Positions 51,400 through 64,000 of a stretch of DNA of 64,000 bases are shown here, one piece after another (position 1 is the first letter of the stretch; each line of letters opens with the position of its first letter). The stretch covers positions 28,830,001 to 28,894,000 of the forward strand of contig OX597819.1 of the NCBI GenBank assembly GCA_951406725.2, in the 5' to 3' direction. The position numbers and the translations under genes were made by a program. This DNA comes from Octopus vulgaris (taxonomy: Eukaryota). The notes under the pieces were generated by a model that saw only the letters and a list, made by a program, of their open reading frames with translations, was not told where the DNA came from and ran no database searches.

Positions 51400-52200
51400 A
51401 ATCTCCTTGCCTGAGATACAATGTTTAACTGTCTACATCTGACCTCCATTGTGACCACAACCTTCAGATAACAACATAAGAAAATCTCTTTCCTCTTTCT
51501 TGGTAAAGGACTGGTTGCAAAACATTGGATTTTTTTCCCTCACCATAGCTACAGTTCTTGTTACTACCAGATTTCTTCTCTTCTGAATTACAAACTTCTG
51601 GATTGCAACCCTATACAAGGCTCAGCTGAACCCTACAGTTGAGTACTACTCAAATATCTGAAAACAGGCATTGCTAGAGATAGAAGTGTTTTAAATAGCA
51701 TTAACCCCTTAGTGTTCACATTATTCTGCCAAAATTAATGCTTTTTTATCCACATTGTTTTGAACTAATCATGCATTATCTTGCAGTTATGAGATTTTGA
51801 TGAGGTAGCTGTTAATTTTTAAGATGATATTGTAGGGTTGGTGTGAGAGACCAGATATGGCCGGTTTGAACATAAAACAAGCAGAATACTTTTGGCCAGG
51901 TATGGCCAGTTTAAATGCTTAAGGGTTAAACCCTTACTCTCTACTCTCTAACACTCTGCAACACACTGATGCTCTATTTCTTCCCTTTACTCTGAACTTA
52001 CAAACAATTACCATATTTTACTATCAAATCATCCTGGCTGTGTCTCAGTTCTCAAGATTCCGCACAAAACACAGTACATAAACCTTTATCCTAGACGATT
52101 CCCCAAGAGTAGTTTCCCTCCAAGCATCATCTTGCAGAAGTTTTAACTGACCGTATCAACCAGTCTGGGATTTACTTTCAAAGATCACAAATACTTCTCT
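51400..52200 (+). mobile_element. Old LINE RT C-terminal fragment split by a MITE
   Basis: IATLYKAQLNPTVEYYSNI resembles the LYKAQIRPxxEYCSxIW motif of Jockey/CR1-group RTs. Confidence 0.45.
51705..51925 (+). mobile_element. piggyBac-type MITE family 1
   Basis: TTAA-CCCCTTAG...CTTAAGGG-TTAA. An inverted copy lies at about 54696-54912. Confidence 0.8.
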
Positions 52201-54135
52201 ACTTCATACTAAAACATATTTAAAAAAAAAAAATTGCATTGAGAACTGGTAAAGGATAAATATATTAATGTTCAGTAGAAAAGATTGGGTTCTCTGTAGG
52301 TGTCATGATAGAAATGAAAGCTTCTGGTAAATAACAACAAACTGTCCCAGACAGAAGTAATGTATCTAGTAACTCTATTCTACAGATGAAGTATTCTTCT
52401 GAGCCATAATAATATTGATCGAAATCGTACATTCATCTATTTACAATTTGTTTTCCTATTAATTGCTTGGAACAGTTATATTTGTTTCTTAAGCAGACAG
52501 ACCTTCTCTTTAAAATGTCTCCCCTATCATGATTTGTCATTCACAATGACTTGAAATCACAAATATGTTAACAGGATGTTTGGCTCCAGCTGGCTCGACA
52601 TTGATTTCACCACTAATTCTTTATGGGTTCATTTTAAGAGGAATAAAAGCCACAGCAAGACTGGGAAGTCATCAGGACTTAATGGCCTACAGATTTTCAG
52701 TAAAGAACTTTTATTATAACAAGTTATCTAAAAGCAACTAGTGCTAATTAGTTACATAGGTTTTTTTGAAATACTATTTAATATATCCGTGTCTGTCTCA
52801 GTAGTCAGATGTGTTCTCCACAAAAAGAGCTTTGTTATGTTCTTGATTATAAATCTACAACTAATTTACTAAAGTATATATTTTTATCCTGCATAAATCT
52901 AAATAAAATATTTGAACTATGACATTCTTCATAATCTTTAAAAATAACATTAAGCAGTTAGAATGTTCTTTCCAAAAAAGCCAAAATACTGGTGTTTATC
53001 AGTCAATATTTGTATAAGACAAAATCTCAGAATAACAAACAATGATAAAAACAACGAAAGAAAAAGGAAAGGAAAACTTCAATGATTCTTAATCTTTCCA
53101 AAGATCACATTTATTATCCTGACACTTCATCTTCAAAGCTATTAGCCGCCTTTATATTTTACTTGTTGTTGATAATGATATTGTCGATGTATTTGTTATT
53201 AATGTTATTTTTACACTACACAATATTGTTTCCAAATATTCAAAACTTATTTTCAGTTTGTGACACCCATAGTGGAACATTTCTGTTTCAAATCTGTTTT
53301 GTGTTACAGCTGGCAGGGTTCAGCAAGTACTGAACTTATTAAGTTAAAATTTAGGCCCCTGGTATAATTAGTAGCCAGCAGGTTTTATTATTAGACAAAA
53401 TTTAATCTGTTGCTTGCAAAACCAGGCATTTTGCCATACTAATCTAACATAGGTGCTTTTATTCTTGAAACTTGCTTTAGTTATTGGACTGTGGTCATGC
53501 TGGGGCACTGCTTTGGAGCACTCCAGTGCTTTCTTTTACGTCTGGTTCTTATTTTATCAATTGTTTTTGTTGAACCTTTTAGTTATGGACACATAAATAC
53601 TGATTATCAAATAGTGAGACAAACACCACATATTTACACACGTATAAAGAGACTTCTCAAACAGACTACCATGGCTCATCATCATCATCATCATCATTTA
53701 ATGTCTGTTTTCCATGCTGGCATAAATTGGATGGTATGACAGGTGCAGGCAAGCCAAGGGACTGCACCAGGCTCCATTGTCCATCTGGCATGGCTTTTAT
53801 AGCTGGGTGCTCTTCCTAATGCCAACTATTTTACAGAGTGGGCTTATGGATATTTACGCAAAAGGATATTTGCATGGATTGTTGGAGCATCTTTTGATAC
53901 CAACCCACCTGAAACCACCTCTGATTATAATTCAGAGAACTGTCCGTAAATTATTCATATTTAGATTAAAACTATCTATTATGATTTTATGTAAGAACTT
54001 TTCTAAAAAGACAAAAAAAAATAGGATAAAACTCCTTCATAGGTCGTATAAACTCATGGGGCCAGTTTCCTGGATTCTCTGGTGCTTATACTCCCCACCA
54101 CCCAGGATGGAATGCTAATGCATCATAGGAATACT

Positions 54136-54525
54136 ACTGTGGAGGGAACCTATGGAAGGGGTACACCCAGGAAGACATGGGACCCTGGAAGACAAGGTGG
54201 TAAAGCCTGATCTTTGAATATTGGGCCTCACAGAGGCAATGACAAGTGACCGAGATCTTTTGTGATATGCCGTGCTTGAGAAGACACATCAAGCCATGTG
54301 AAATTATAGTTGTGGCTGATACAAATGTCACATAACTAGCACCCGTGCCAGTGGCATGTAATAAGCACCCACTACACTCTTGGAGGGACTGGCATTAGGA
54401 AGGGCATCTAGCCATAGAAACATGCCAAATCAGGTTAAGCCTGGTGTATCTCAACAGATTACCAGTTTCAGTTAAACCATCTAACCCATGCCAGCATGGA
54501 AAAGGTATGTTAAATGATGATGGTG
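54136..54525 (+). mobile_element. 5'-truncated RTE LINE
   Basis: TVEGTYGRGTPRKTWD, followed by the RTE tail. Homologous to 26995-27560. Confidence 0.75.
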
Positions 54526-55396
54526 AGGAGTGGAGTAGAGTAATGTGAAATGAAATTGCACTCAAGAACACAATACATCACCCAGTCCAGGAATTGAAAC
54601 CAAAGTCTTATAATCATTAGTCAAAACGCTCTAACCACTAATCCATGCACCTCTGTGTCTTTAAGCAATATCCTTTTGCTAAGACACTCTCTTAACCCTT
54701 TAGCATTTAAACCGGCCAAATCCGGCCAAAAATATTCTGCCTGTTTTATGTTCAAACTGGCCAGATCTGGTCTCTCACACCAACCCTACAATATCGTTTT
54801 AAAAATTAACAGCTACCTCATCAAAATCTCACAGCTACAAGATAATGCATGATTGGTTGAAAACAGTATGGAGGAAAAAGCATTAATTTTAGCAGAATAA
54901 TGCAAACATTAGTTTGATTTATTTTACTAACTCTCTAATTCATTGATTATTATTTAAAAATTAATTGAACCACACAGGCAGTGAGTATATTTCATTAGAA
55001 ACATGTTCCTAAAAAGACAACATTTTTTTTCTGCTTGATCATGATATGTGAAAAAAAAAATCTTGCTAGATGGATAAATTGAGGCAAATAAAGTTGACTT
55101 TATTTCACATTGGAACTTCAAACAATGTCAGAGACAGGTTTATTCATTTTACTTCTATAGCAAATTTGGTGATCATTAATATTGTTGGTTACAAGTTTGA
55201 AATATGTCAGTCACTGATTATTTACCTTTCTTAAAGTGAGAAGAACAAGGGATTGTCTGTGTACCTTGTGAAAAAACAAACACCACATAGAACATTTTCA
55301 TTCAAAAGAAGTTTTTTTTTTTTTTTGGCTTGCTTACTGATAATTGTCACTTTTGACTATACACATTAGCAAAAACTATGTACACACACAAACATA

Positions 55397-55916
55397 CCGT
55401 AAATCCTCGAGTATAGTCCGCCCTTGAGTATAATACGCAGGGGATTTTTAGGGGGCTGTAACTCTGTAAAACCTAAATCTTATGTATAATACACACTCCT
55501 TCTCTAACTTGAGTCAAGGAGGTCTATATAATGTCTTTGGTTTGTAAAAGTGTATACGGTAACATACTTTATTATTATTGTATATATAACATAATGCAAA
55601 CGTGTAGCTTTTTTGTGCATTTTGTTTGCAGAAAATAAAGAAATAACACTAATAACGTAATAACGTTTAATAAATGTTGCTTACGGCAAGTTATAGATGA
55701 TTCTTTTATGACTTCATTGCCTTCAGGCTTAGCTTAAGGTATTTTCGTGTCTGACATCACAAAATGCATCTGAATAAACATTGCTGGACAGCAAATAGAG
55801 ACTTGGACATTGCTTAGAAAATAATTTTCATTTTTAACCTCGTATATAGTACGCACTAGGGATTTTGACCTTTAAATTTTGGGAAAAAAATGCAGATTAT
55901 ACTCAAGGATTTATGG
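55397..55916. mobile_element. Tc1/mariner-superfamily (Tc2/pogo-like) MITE
   Basis: TA TSD. TIR CCGTAAATCCTCGAGTATA / TATACTCAAGGATTTATGG. Confidence 0.8.
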
Positions 55917-56627
55917 TACTCTTTCTCTTTCTTACTCAAACATATACACACACACACACATGCACATGCATGCAAACACACACACACACACTCACATCAT
56001 TATTGATGTTTTTTACACCTGCTTTTTCCATACTGGTATAATTAGACATGACTTCTGGGGGTAGCCTCAAACCCTTCTCAGTATCAACTTTTGCTTGTTT
56101 TCAAATATGATACATTATAGGTGCAGACATGACTGTGTGGTAAGAAGCTTGCTTCCAAACTACAAGGTTCTGGGGTTCAGTCCCACTGCATAGCACTTTG
56201 AGCAAGTGTCTTGTACTAAAGCCTCAAGCTGACCAATGCCTTAGTGATTTGACAGATGGAAACTGAAAGAAGCCTATTGAGTGTGTGTGTGTATGTGTGT
56301 ATATATATACATATACATATAAGAGGGAAACCACTATGTGGACACCCTTATGCTAGAAATAGATCCGCATTACCACGAGTGTAATGGGTAGAACTGTTTA
56401 CAAGTCTGACTTTGTGCGGACGTCCTAGTATGCAGTCCTGCAAATCATATTCATCTGGACGGTCGCACCGATAATCTACGGATATTTATGTAAGTAAAAT
56501 TACGTAATATGTTAATAGTGAAGCATGTATGCAAATAATCCATATTTTTATTGATTTTTCTTTTGTCTTGCTCGATTACGTTTTGGTTGTTTTGCTAAAT
56601 TTTTCTTGAGAACATTTCTTAGTGGTA

Positions 56628-56698
56628 AGACATACACACATGCACACACACAAACACTCACACTCTCTCTCTCTGTCACACACACACACACTGACATG

Positions 56699-56729
<31 letters not shown>

Positions 56730-57058
56730 TCTCTCTCTCTCTCACACACACACAAGCACATATACACACACACTCTCACTCTCTCTCTCACACACACACA
56801 AGCACATACACACACACACACACACTCTCTCTCTCTCACACACATGCACATATACACACACTCACACACACACACTCTCTCTCTCACACTCACACACATG
56901 CTCATACACACACACACACACACATACACACACACTCTCTCTTACACATGCACACAACACACACACACACTTTCTCTCTCTCTCTCTCTCACACACACAC
57001 ACTTTCTCTCTCTCTCTTTCTCTCTCATACACACACACAAACATACACATACACGCAT
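56628..57058. repeat. Compound (CA)n/(CT)n tract
   Basis: Visible directly. It is the source of the HT/LS-repeat ORFs. Confidence 0.95.
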
Positions 57059-58572
57059 AAATTTCACCAAATTTCTCTCACAAGGTATCTTAAAACCAGA
57101 ACTATTCTTGCACTATAGCAGCAGACACTTTTGCAAAGTGCAAAGTTGTCAGATGCAAAGCTTTTTCAAAGTAAACTTCTTAATATCACAGCTATGCTTG
57201 CTCCTAGGTTTGAACACACAACCTTTGGAACTGCTGTTCAGTATTTTAACTTTTTAATCAAGGTGATTCTCTGCAAAGCCTTGTCTGCATGACTTTGCTC
57301 CTTCATACGCATATATCTTTTTCTCTTTCTTTAATCTTTCATTATTTTCAGTTCTGCTTTATATTTTATGTGTTTTCCTACTTTCTAATTAAGATCTTTA
57401 TTGAGTTACAAATCTTAGAATGGCATTAAACAAATCACATCTGTAATTTAGAATACATTCGGCTGTATTTATTCTCAACCAGCTATTGTTTTACACTATC
57501 ATCTGACTCAGTTTGAAAGAGTCTATGTAATTTAACTTTGTTAAATATGAACCGGTGCAAAAGTCTGCATGTCATTATATGTAGGTTGTATAACCTCCAC
57601 ATGGTTACTCAACCTGCTAAATATAGCAATCAAATCTTACTTAAATCATGCACACTAACATCTTATATATGGGCAGGACATATAACCCTCTAAAAAGATA
57701 GGATGGTCATCACTTGAATACTTTTGATCATGGTTCTACTCAGTGAAAGTTGACCTGGTGTTAAACACCAGCAGCATATTGAAATTCAATTCCTAAATAA
57801 ACATTGTTTTAACAAACCAACACATCTTCAGTTAAAATAAAAATAAAATCAATTTATGGCGCTTCGCCAACTAATTCCTGTGAAGCTGACAATTGTATCT
57901 CTGTAGAAACCAATAAAAGATTCCACGTAGTTCTAGAATGTTTACTTGAGAGATAATCCTGCTGTTAGTCAGGAAGGCTACAATCTGTGCAATCATGAGA
58001 TTATCATTAAAACTGAAATTTAGCTCTATAGCGCCTATTGTTAATAATTCTTGATACTTTGAATATTGCATTCTCATGGGGAGCAAATGACAACTGAAAG
58101 CTTGAATGAGCTTTAAGAAATTCTTTATGTTTGAACAACATTATTATATGTAAACAATTATAATATCTGGTGGTTTGTTGAATTATTGACAGTCTGAATA
58201 ATGGCTACATGGTTAAGAAATATACTTTGAAAACACATGTTTTCTGTCTCTGTCTCTCTCTATCTCTCTCTCTCTGTAGCACCTTGGGCAAGTAAGTGTC
58301 TTCTGCTATAGCCTCAGGCTAACCATCTGACATATAGAAACTTTGTGGAAGAATATTGTATGTATATAGACACAGGTGTGGATAGAAGTTTGCTTCCAAA
58401 CCACACGATTCCAGGTAACCTTGGGCAAGTGTCATCTACCATAGCCTAGGCTGAGTAAGACCTTCTGAGTGGATTTTGTAGATGGAAACTGAAGAAAGCT
58501 TACCATGCATTCATACATCATACATACGTACATACATACATACATACATACATACATACATACATACATACA

Positions 58573-58614
<42 letters not shown>

Positions 58615-59434
58615 GTATAATAAATATTGTTAAATACATATACTAATGTATATGCTTTGTGTATTTTCCAGTGGAGTATATAGCTCTCATGTTGCCAGTG
58701 TTAAAACACCTTAGAGCCATGGAGAGATGAGATAACACACCCTCAATCCCATCTGGGAGTGATGGACATCGATGTTTCACCATTTTTGTAGTTTATCAAC
58801 ACCACCTACCCAGGCAGAGACCAATAAAATAAATGCCAGGCTTAAAAGGCCCCCCAAAAATGTGTACTTAAAACCCAGGATGGCCACAGTCCATAGACTG
58901 AAACATGTAAAAGGATAAAAGAATATATATGTGTTTGTGTGTGAGTGTAGTTAAGAAGTCTGTTTCTCAACTGTATCATTTGGGTCGGTCCCACTCTGTG
59001 GAACTTGGTGTAAATATCTTCTACTATAGCTCTGGGCTGACCAAAGCCTTGTGAGTTGATTTAGTTGTCAAAAATTGGAAGAGCCTTGATATTGTGTGTG
59101 TGAGGGCACATAAATATGTGTGTTTGTCTGTGTTTTGTGCTGGTGACATATAAAAGACATCCAATACACTCTGTAAGTTGGTTAGTGTTAGGAAGGGCAT
59201 CCAGTCATAGCAACCAAGCTAAAACAGATTGGAGCCTGATGCAGCACTCCAGCTTACGAGTGCTAGTCAAACATTCTAACCCATACAAGCATGGAAAATG
59301 GACGTTAAATTATGATGATGACAATGATGTCTGTGTATTTGCTTACATTTGCACTTCCCAGAAAAATCAATGAACTACAGGTGGTGACAGGAAGGTCCTC
59401 CAGCTGTAGAACAGTCACAGATTATATGTTTGAA

Positions 59435-60540
59435 AAATACATTATTGTGAAATATGCTACTAAGATAACAGGTAAATAAAATACATTATGTTGAAGAGAG
59501 CTAGTGAAACAACATTTTTGTAAAATATATTAGTAAAATACATTATTGTGAACTGGCTAGTAAAATATCAACATTATTGTGAAAATACTGACATTATTGT
59601 GAAACATGTTAATAAACTACATTATATTGAAAAGAGCTTGAAAAAATTACATTATTGTAAAATATGTTTGTAAAATACATTATTATGAAGAGGCTAGTAT
59701 GCTCTGCTGGATGTGTAATGTAAGTGAATGTAAGTATACATGTTCAACAGATTGCCAGTGTTCTGAGAGAGAAGTTAGGCATAAGAGGAATTGATTGCTA
59801 TGTACAAGAGAAAAGACTGTGTTGGTTTGGTCATATGATGTTGATGGATGCCAATAGGTCCATAAAGAAGTGCCGGTTACTCAAAGTGGATGGAACACAT
59901 AGAAGTGGGAGACTGAGGAAGACATGGGATGAAATACTGAAGAATGACCGCAGGACACTGAACCATTTAAGCGAGACGACAAAGGACTAAGATAGCTGGT
60001 GCCTGACTATACTCAAGAAGACCTGTACTCTGCAGCAGCAGAAGTGTTAAGAGCAACCCTTCTGGTGGTGTAAAGTACTTGTGGCAGTGCCGTGTGAAAG
60101 TGCCCATGTGATGCCGCATAAAATCACCTGTGCAATGCCATGTAAAAACACCCAGCACACTCTGTAAAGTGGTTAGCATTAGGAAGGGCATCCAACCATA
60201 GAAACCATGCCAAAACAGACTGGAGTCTGGTACAGCCCCATCTTGCCAGCTCTGGTCACACCAGCCAACCCATGTTAGTATGGACAATGGACGTTAAATG
60301 ATGATGATGATAATGATGATATGCTAGCATAATATCAGCATTATTATGAAAATATCAACATTATTGTGGAACATGTTAATGAAATGCAACATATTGAAGA
60401 GAGCTAACAAAACAACATTATTGTAAAATATGGTAGCAAAATACTACATTATTGTAGAATATTTCAGTAAAATACCAATATTATTGTAAAATATAGTTGT
60501 AAATCATAACGTTATTGTGAAATATGTTTGTACAATATTA
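59435..60540. repeat. Degenerate ~28-bp minisatellite (ACATTATTGTGAAATATGnTAGTAAAAT) split by an RTE insertion
   Basis: Units at about 59435-59700 and 60320-60540. Confidence 0.75.
59700..60320 (+). mobile_element. 5'-truncated RTE LINE
   Basis: LREKLGIRGI..VQEKRLCWFGHMM...GTHRSGRLRKTWDE matches the RTE RLRWFGHV...RGRPRKTW motif, then the (GAT)n-tailed 3' UTR. Confidence 0.82.
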
Positions 60541-61767
60541 AATATATGAAAAGTACAAAATATGTAAAACTATAGTATTAAATATGTCAATAAAGGATAA
60601 AAGCAATCTGGCATTCAAATTCAATATTCTATCAAGCATAGCAACTCGAGGAACCAAATATATAAGTAATGTGGCAATCATAAAATATGGAAACAATCAT
60701 ATACACCAGTTTAGTATAGTATCATCTGTTGGCAATGAAATACAAACCATAACAAGTTGTGGTGTTAAATGTGAGTGGAAAATATAAATATTGTTGGCTT
60801 TCGCATTAATTATACTGAAATACTTTGAACTATGATTATCCATGTAATAAGCGGATAAAAACTCCTTCTTGGAGTGTTTAGAATCTGAAAATGAATGATT
60901 TAGAGGGGGTAACTTTAATAGGATCTGTAATAAAATTTTTGGGATATTATAGGCAATGAAGACTGGAGTGAATATTTTGGTCTTATTAGATCTCTCCAGC
61001 AAAGCACATAGTCTTGTTAGTTGGCAAGATTATGAGTGACCAGTATTCACACATACAAAGCACGCACAAAACACACATGTAAATAGATGGAATGTAGGGA
61101 TGCTGATAATGAAGGCTTGAATTTTATACAAGTATTTTATAGCAACTTTTTTTTCATCATCTGTTGCTGCATGTTTTGATCTTCATCATGGAAAATATCA
61201 TATCTGTGAATTTAAATTACTAAAGATTTCCAAAATTATGTATAAATCGTAGGTGTACAGATGATAATAAAAAGAAACAAACCATTCTATAAGCTGAAAG
61301 GCAGTAGAGGAGGGGAAAATGACATGACGTATATGTCTGTGTGTGTATGTGTAATATATGTGAGATGTACTGGAGCAATAAACACTAAAGACACACTGTA
61401 AATAGATTCTCTCAAATACCCAGGAGATTCCCTAACGGTGATAGTTAGTTTCTGTTACCTAGGAAACCTAATTAGCGGAGGAAGAAGATTTTATGAAAGT
61501 ATAGTTGATACAATATGAGTAGGAGAGAAAATGTTCAGTGAGTTATTATCTCTGTTGATTATGGAGAGTTTCTCCTTGAGGGAAAAGTAAATTGTATGAT
61601 GTATGTATATGAACAATAATGCTACTTGGTATTGAGACATAGGCCCTGAATGTTGAGGACATGTGAAAACTAGAAAGAAATGAAGCCAGTATTCTCTGAT
61701 GGATGTGTTGGGCATGTTTGACAGTGCAAATGTGTTGAGTGAAAAAAAAAGGGGGCATAAGATAAAT

Positions 61768-62186
61768 CAGATCTTTTCGGTTTGAACAGCAGTTTTTAAC
61801 ATAATTTCTAGGTAACTAAAAAATGTTAAACTTCATATACTGGTAGAATGTGCTTATAAAACATCTTTTTCTCTTGGCTTTATTGAGAAAATTCTATAGT
61901 TTGTAAGATATTTGTTGTTTTTTTTTCTTCAATTTCTGCAATTTCAACCAATCAGTGACGTCTATTGAGTTAAAAAGCATTCTGTGCCGTATGAATATGT
62001 CCCTCGTTTAAGAAACAGATTGGGTTTATTTACATCTGTGAAGAAAAAAAGATACCTTCCCCCCACCCCTAACCCTAGCCCTAAGAGAGATTGAAATGCA
62101 ATAGATCGATTCTAGGGTCATAATTATGGGTGAGAATTTCATATGATACCGCTAGAAAAAACTGCCATTTAAACCAAAAAGACCCG
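61768..62186. mobile_element. TIR element with apparent 6-bp TSD (ATAAAT) and internal CCCTAA repeats
   Basis: TIR CAGATCTTTTCGGTTTGAACAGCAGTTTTT / AAAAACTGCCATTTAAACCAAAAAGACCCG, with ATAAAT on both sides. Confidence 0.75.
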
Positions 62187-63095
62187 ATAAATCAGTTGTA
62201 GTGTGCAAGGGAGAAAACTGTGCCGGTTTGGACCTGTGATACATATGGATAATAACAGGTGTATAAAGAAATGCAGATTAATTAAAATGGGTGGAACTTG
62301 CAAAAGAGGGAGACTCAGGAAGACATAACATGTAGCAAAAGCTTATATCAAGATGTTAAGCATCATAAAGGAATTGAAAAAAGACCAAGTAGATTGGTAT
62401 TTTGCTGTGCTCGGTAAGACGTAACCATCATCAAAGTAAAGTTTGAAAACATTGGGATTATGCCAATACCCTGCTCTTGCATTCTACTTGTCCCCACCAA
62501 GCTTTTCCCATTTCTCATCTTAATAATGCCCATCCCTCCATCTATTTTCTAACATTGGCACTATTCAGCTGCTGTAATCATATGACAGCAGGATCTACAA
62601 ATATCTGTTCCCCTTTTTACTACTAGTTACCTCCCCATCTCCCTGGAACCAGTTCCTTAAATTTCTGTTCCTTACTCTCAATATCATCCATTCACATTTA
62701 TTTCCCACTGCTCACCCCTTTCTCTGCCTCCACATATCTCTCCCTTTCCACTGATCTACATCGTAAGACTGCCATATCTCATCTATCTCATCTCTCAGTC
62801 ACTCTCATACTTGCTTTTACTCTTGTCACCCCCTCATATCTGAAGTTAATTCCCCCCTCTCCTTTGTCTACTACTCATTATAGCCATCACTACATCCTTC
62901 TAACCTTTATCTTAGTCCCTGTACTTCTTTCTCTCTCCCTATTTTCTGATCTGCTGACTGGCTTTCCTTATTTCTTGATCTATCTACAGGCTTATTATAC
63001 TGCTACTCTCCACCCCTTTCCAGTACTACCATTTATCACCTCCTCCTTCCTTAGCTATTTTTTAATCATTTCCCACACAATGATATTTACCATTG

Positions 63096-63436
63096 GGAGG
63101 CACAATGGCCCAGTGGTTAGGGCAGCAGACTCGCGGTCGGAGGATCGCGGTTTCGATTCCCAGACTGGGCATTGTGACTGTTTATTGAGCGAAAACACCT
63201 AAAGCTCCACGAGGCTCCGGCAGGGGATGGTGGTGAACCCTGCTGTACTCTTTCATCACAACTTTCTCTCGCTCTTTCTTCCTGTTTCTCTTGTACCTGT
63301 ATTTCAAAGGGCCAGCCTTGTCACACTCTGTGTCACGCTGAATCTCCTCGAGAACTACATGTTAATATCACAAGCAAGCTGTTCCGTTGATCGTATCAGC
63401 TGGGACCCTCATCGTCGCAACTGACGGAGTGCTCCT
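63096..63436 (+). mobile_element. SINE family C head with an alternative 3' half
   Basis: Matches 38878 up to CCTGTTTCT, then diverges. Confidence 0.8.
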
Positions 63437-64000
63437 ACTATTTACCATTGACCTCACCAACCTTATATCATTCAGATTAACATCTCCAGTCCCTAATCAT
63501 CTTTCCTCTCACACTGCTAAGAACTGATCCACTCCCACCTCCCCAATGTCGGTTTGTATACTCTCTCACATTCACCTTGTACCTTGAAAGTATGCTCTGA
63601 CACCTCATTGCCAGCACCTCTGTCTTCTTTCCAGCTACTACAACCCACTCCTATATTTAGCTGTATATCTCCTCTATAGCATGACACCTGTACCTATTCA
63701 TCAACCATACTTTAGTCTCTCAACATCTGGCATAAAGTCATTATCTCCCCTACTGCAACCCCATTCAGTTGAGGGGACTTCTGCTTCTCTTCCCCTTCTC
63801 CTCCTCCTTCTTTGTATTGCAAGTTACTTGGTGGCCTCACTTATATTGATGTCATAGAAGAGGTACCTAGTACATTCTGTAATGTGGTTAGCATTAGGAA
63901 GGGCATCCAGCTTCAGAAATCATGCCAAAATAGTCACTGAGGCTTCATGAAGACCGTGACTCATTGGACCATGTCAAGCTATCCAACTCATGCCAGCATG

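Noticed and set aside
56548-57257. 170-211-aa His/Thr-rich ORFs
   Set aside because: Entirely (CA)n/(CT)n compound repeat.
59435-60540. Regularly spaced ~28-bp repeats superficially like a CRISPR array
   Set aside because: Degenerate head-to-tail units with no unique spacers and no cas genes, in a eukaryotic context.
60584-61002. Non-repetitive 67-aa and 101-aa ORFs as candidate host exons
   Set aside because: No recognisable domain and no convincing splice-site pair.

Overview
This is AT-rich, microsatellite-dense eukaryotic DNA. The repeat families and (TA)n/(ATGT)n load look like a coleoid cephalopod, probably Octopus (inferred, not searched). I found no convincing host protein-coding exon, and most ORFs in the track are microsatellite read-throughs. 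The window is a mosaic of mobile elements: a near-full-length CR1-like LINE (one nonsense codon in each ORF); a young, internally deleted tRNA-Trp-primed Gypsy LTR element with an abnormal 36-bp target duplication; a decayed Gypsy gag-protease; Penelope-like (PLE) remnants; R4/Dong and RTE fragments, one with three C2H2 fingers; four tRNA-derived SINE families; non-autonomous Helitrons; and piggyBac, mariner and other MITEs. The main hidden signal is RNA structure. There are at least 7 hammerhead-ribozyme motifs on both strands, all with a palindromic helix III. Two have intact catalytic cores (16.1 kb, 31.3 kb), and one sits at the apex of a ~310-bp foldback so that its helix I extends into a ~140-bp duplex. 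The LINE and the commonest SINE also share a 3' tail whose stem-loop shows compensatory changes. Repeat boundaries were read by eye and are approximate.
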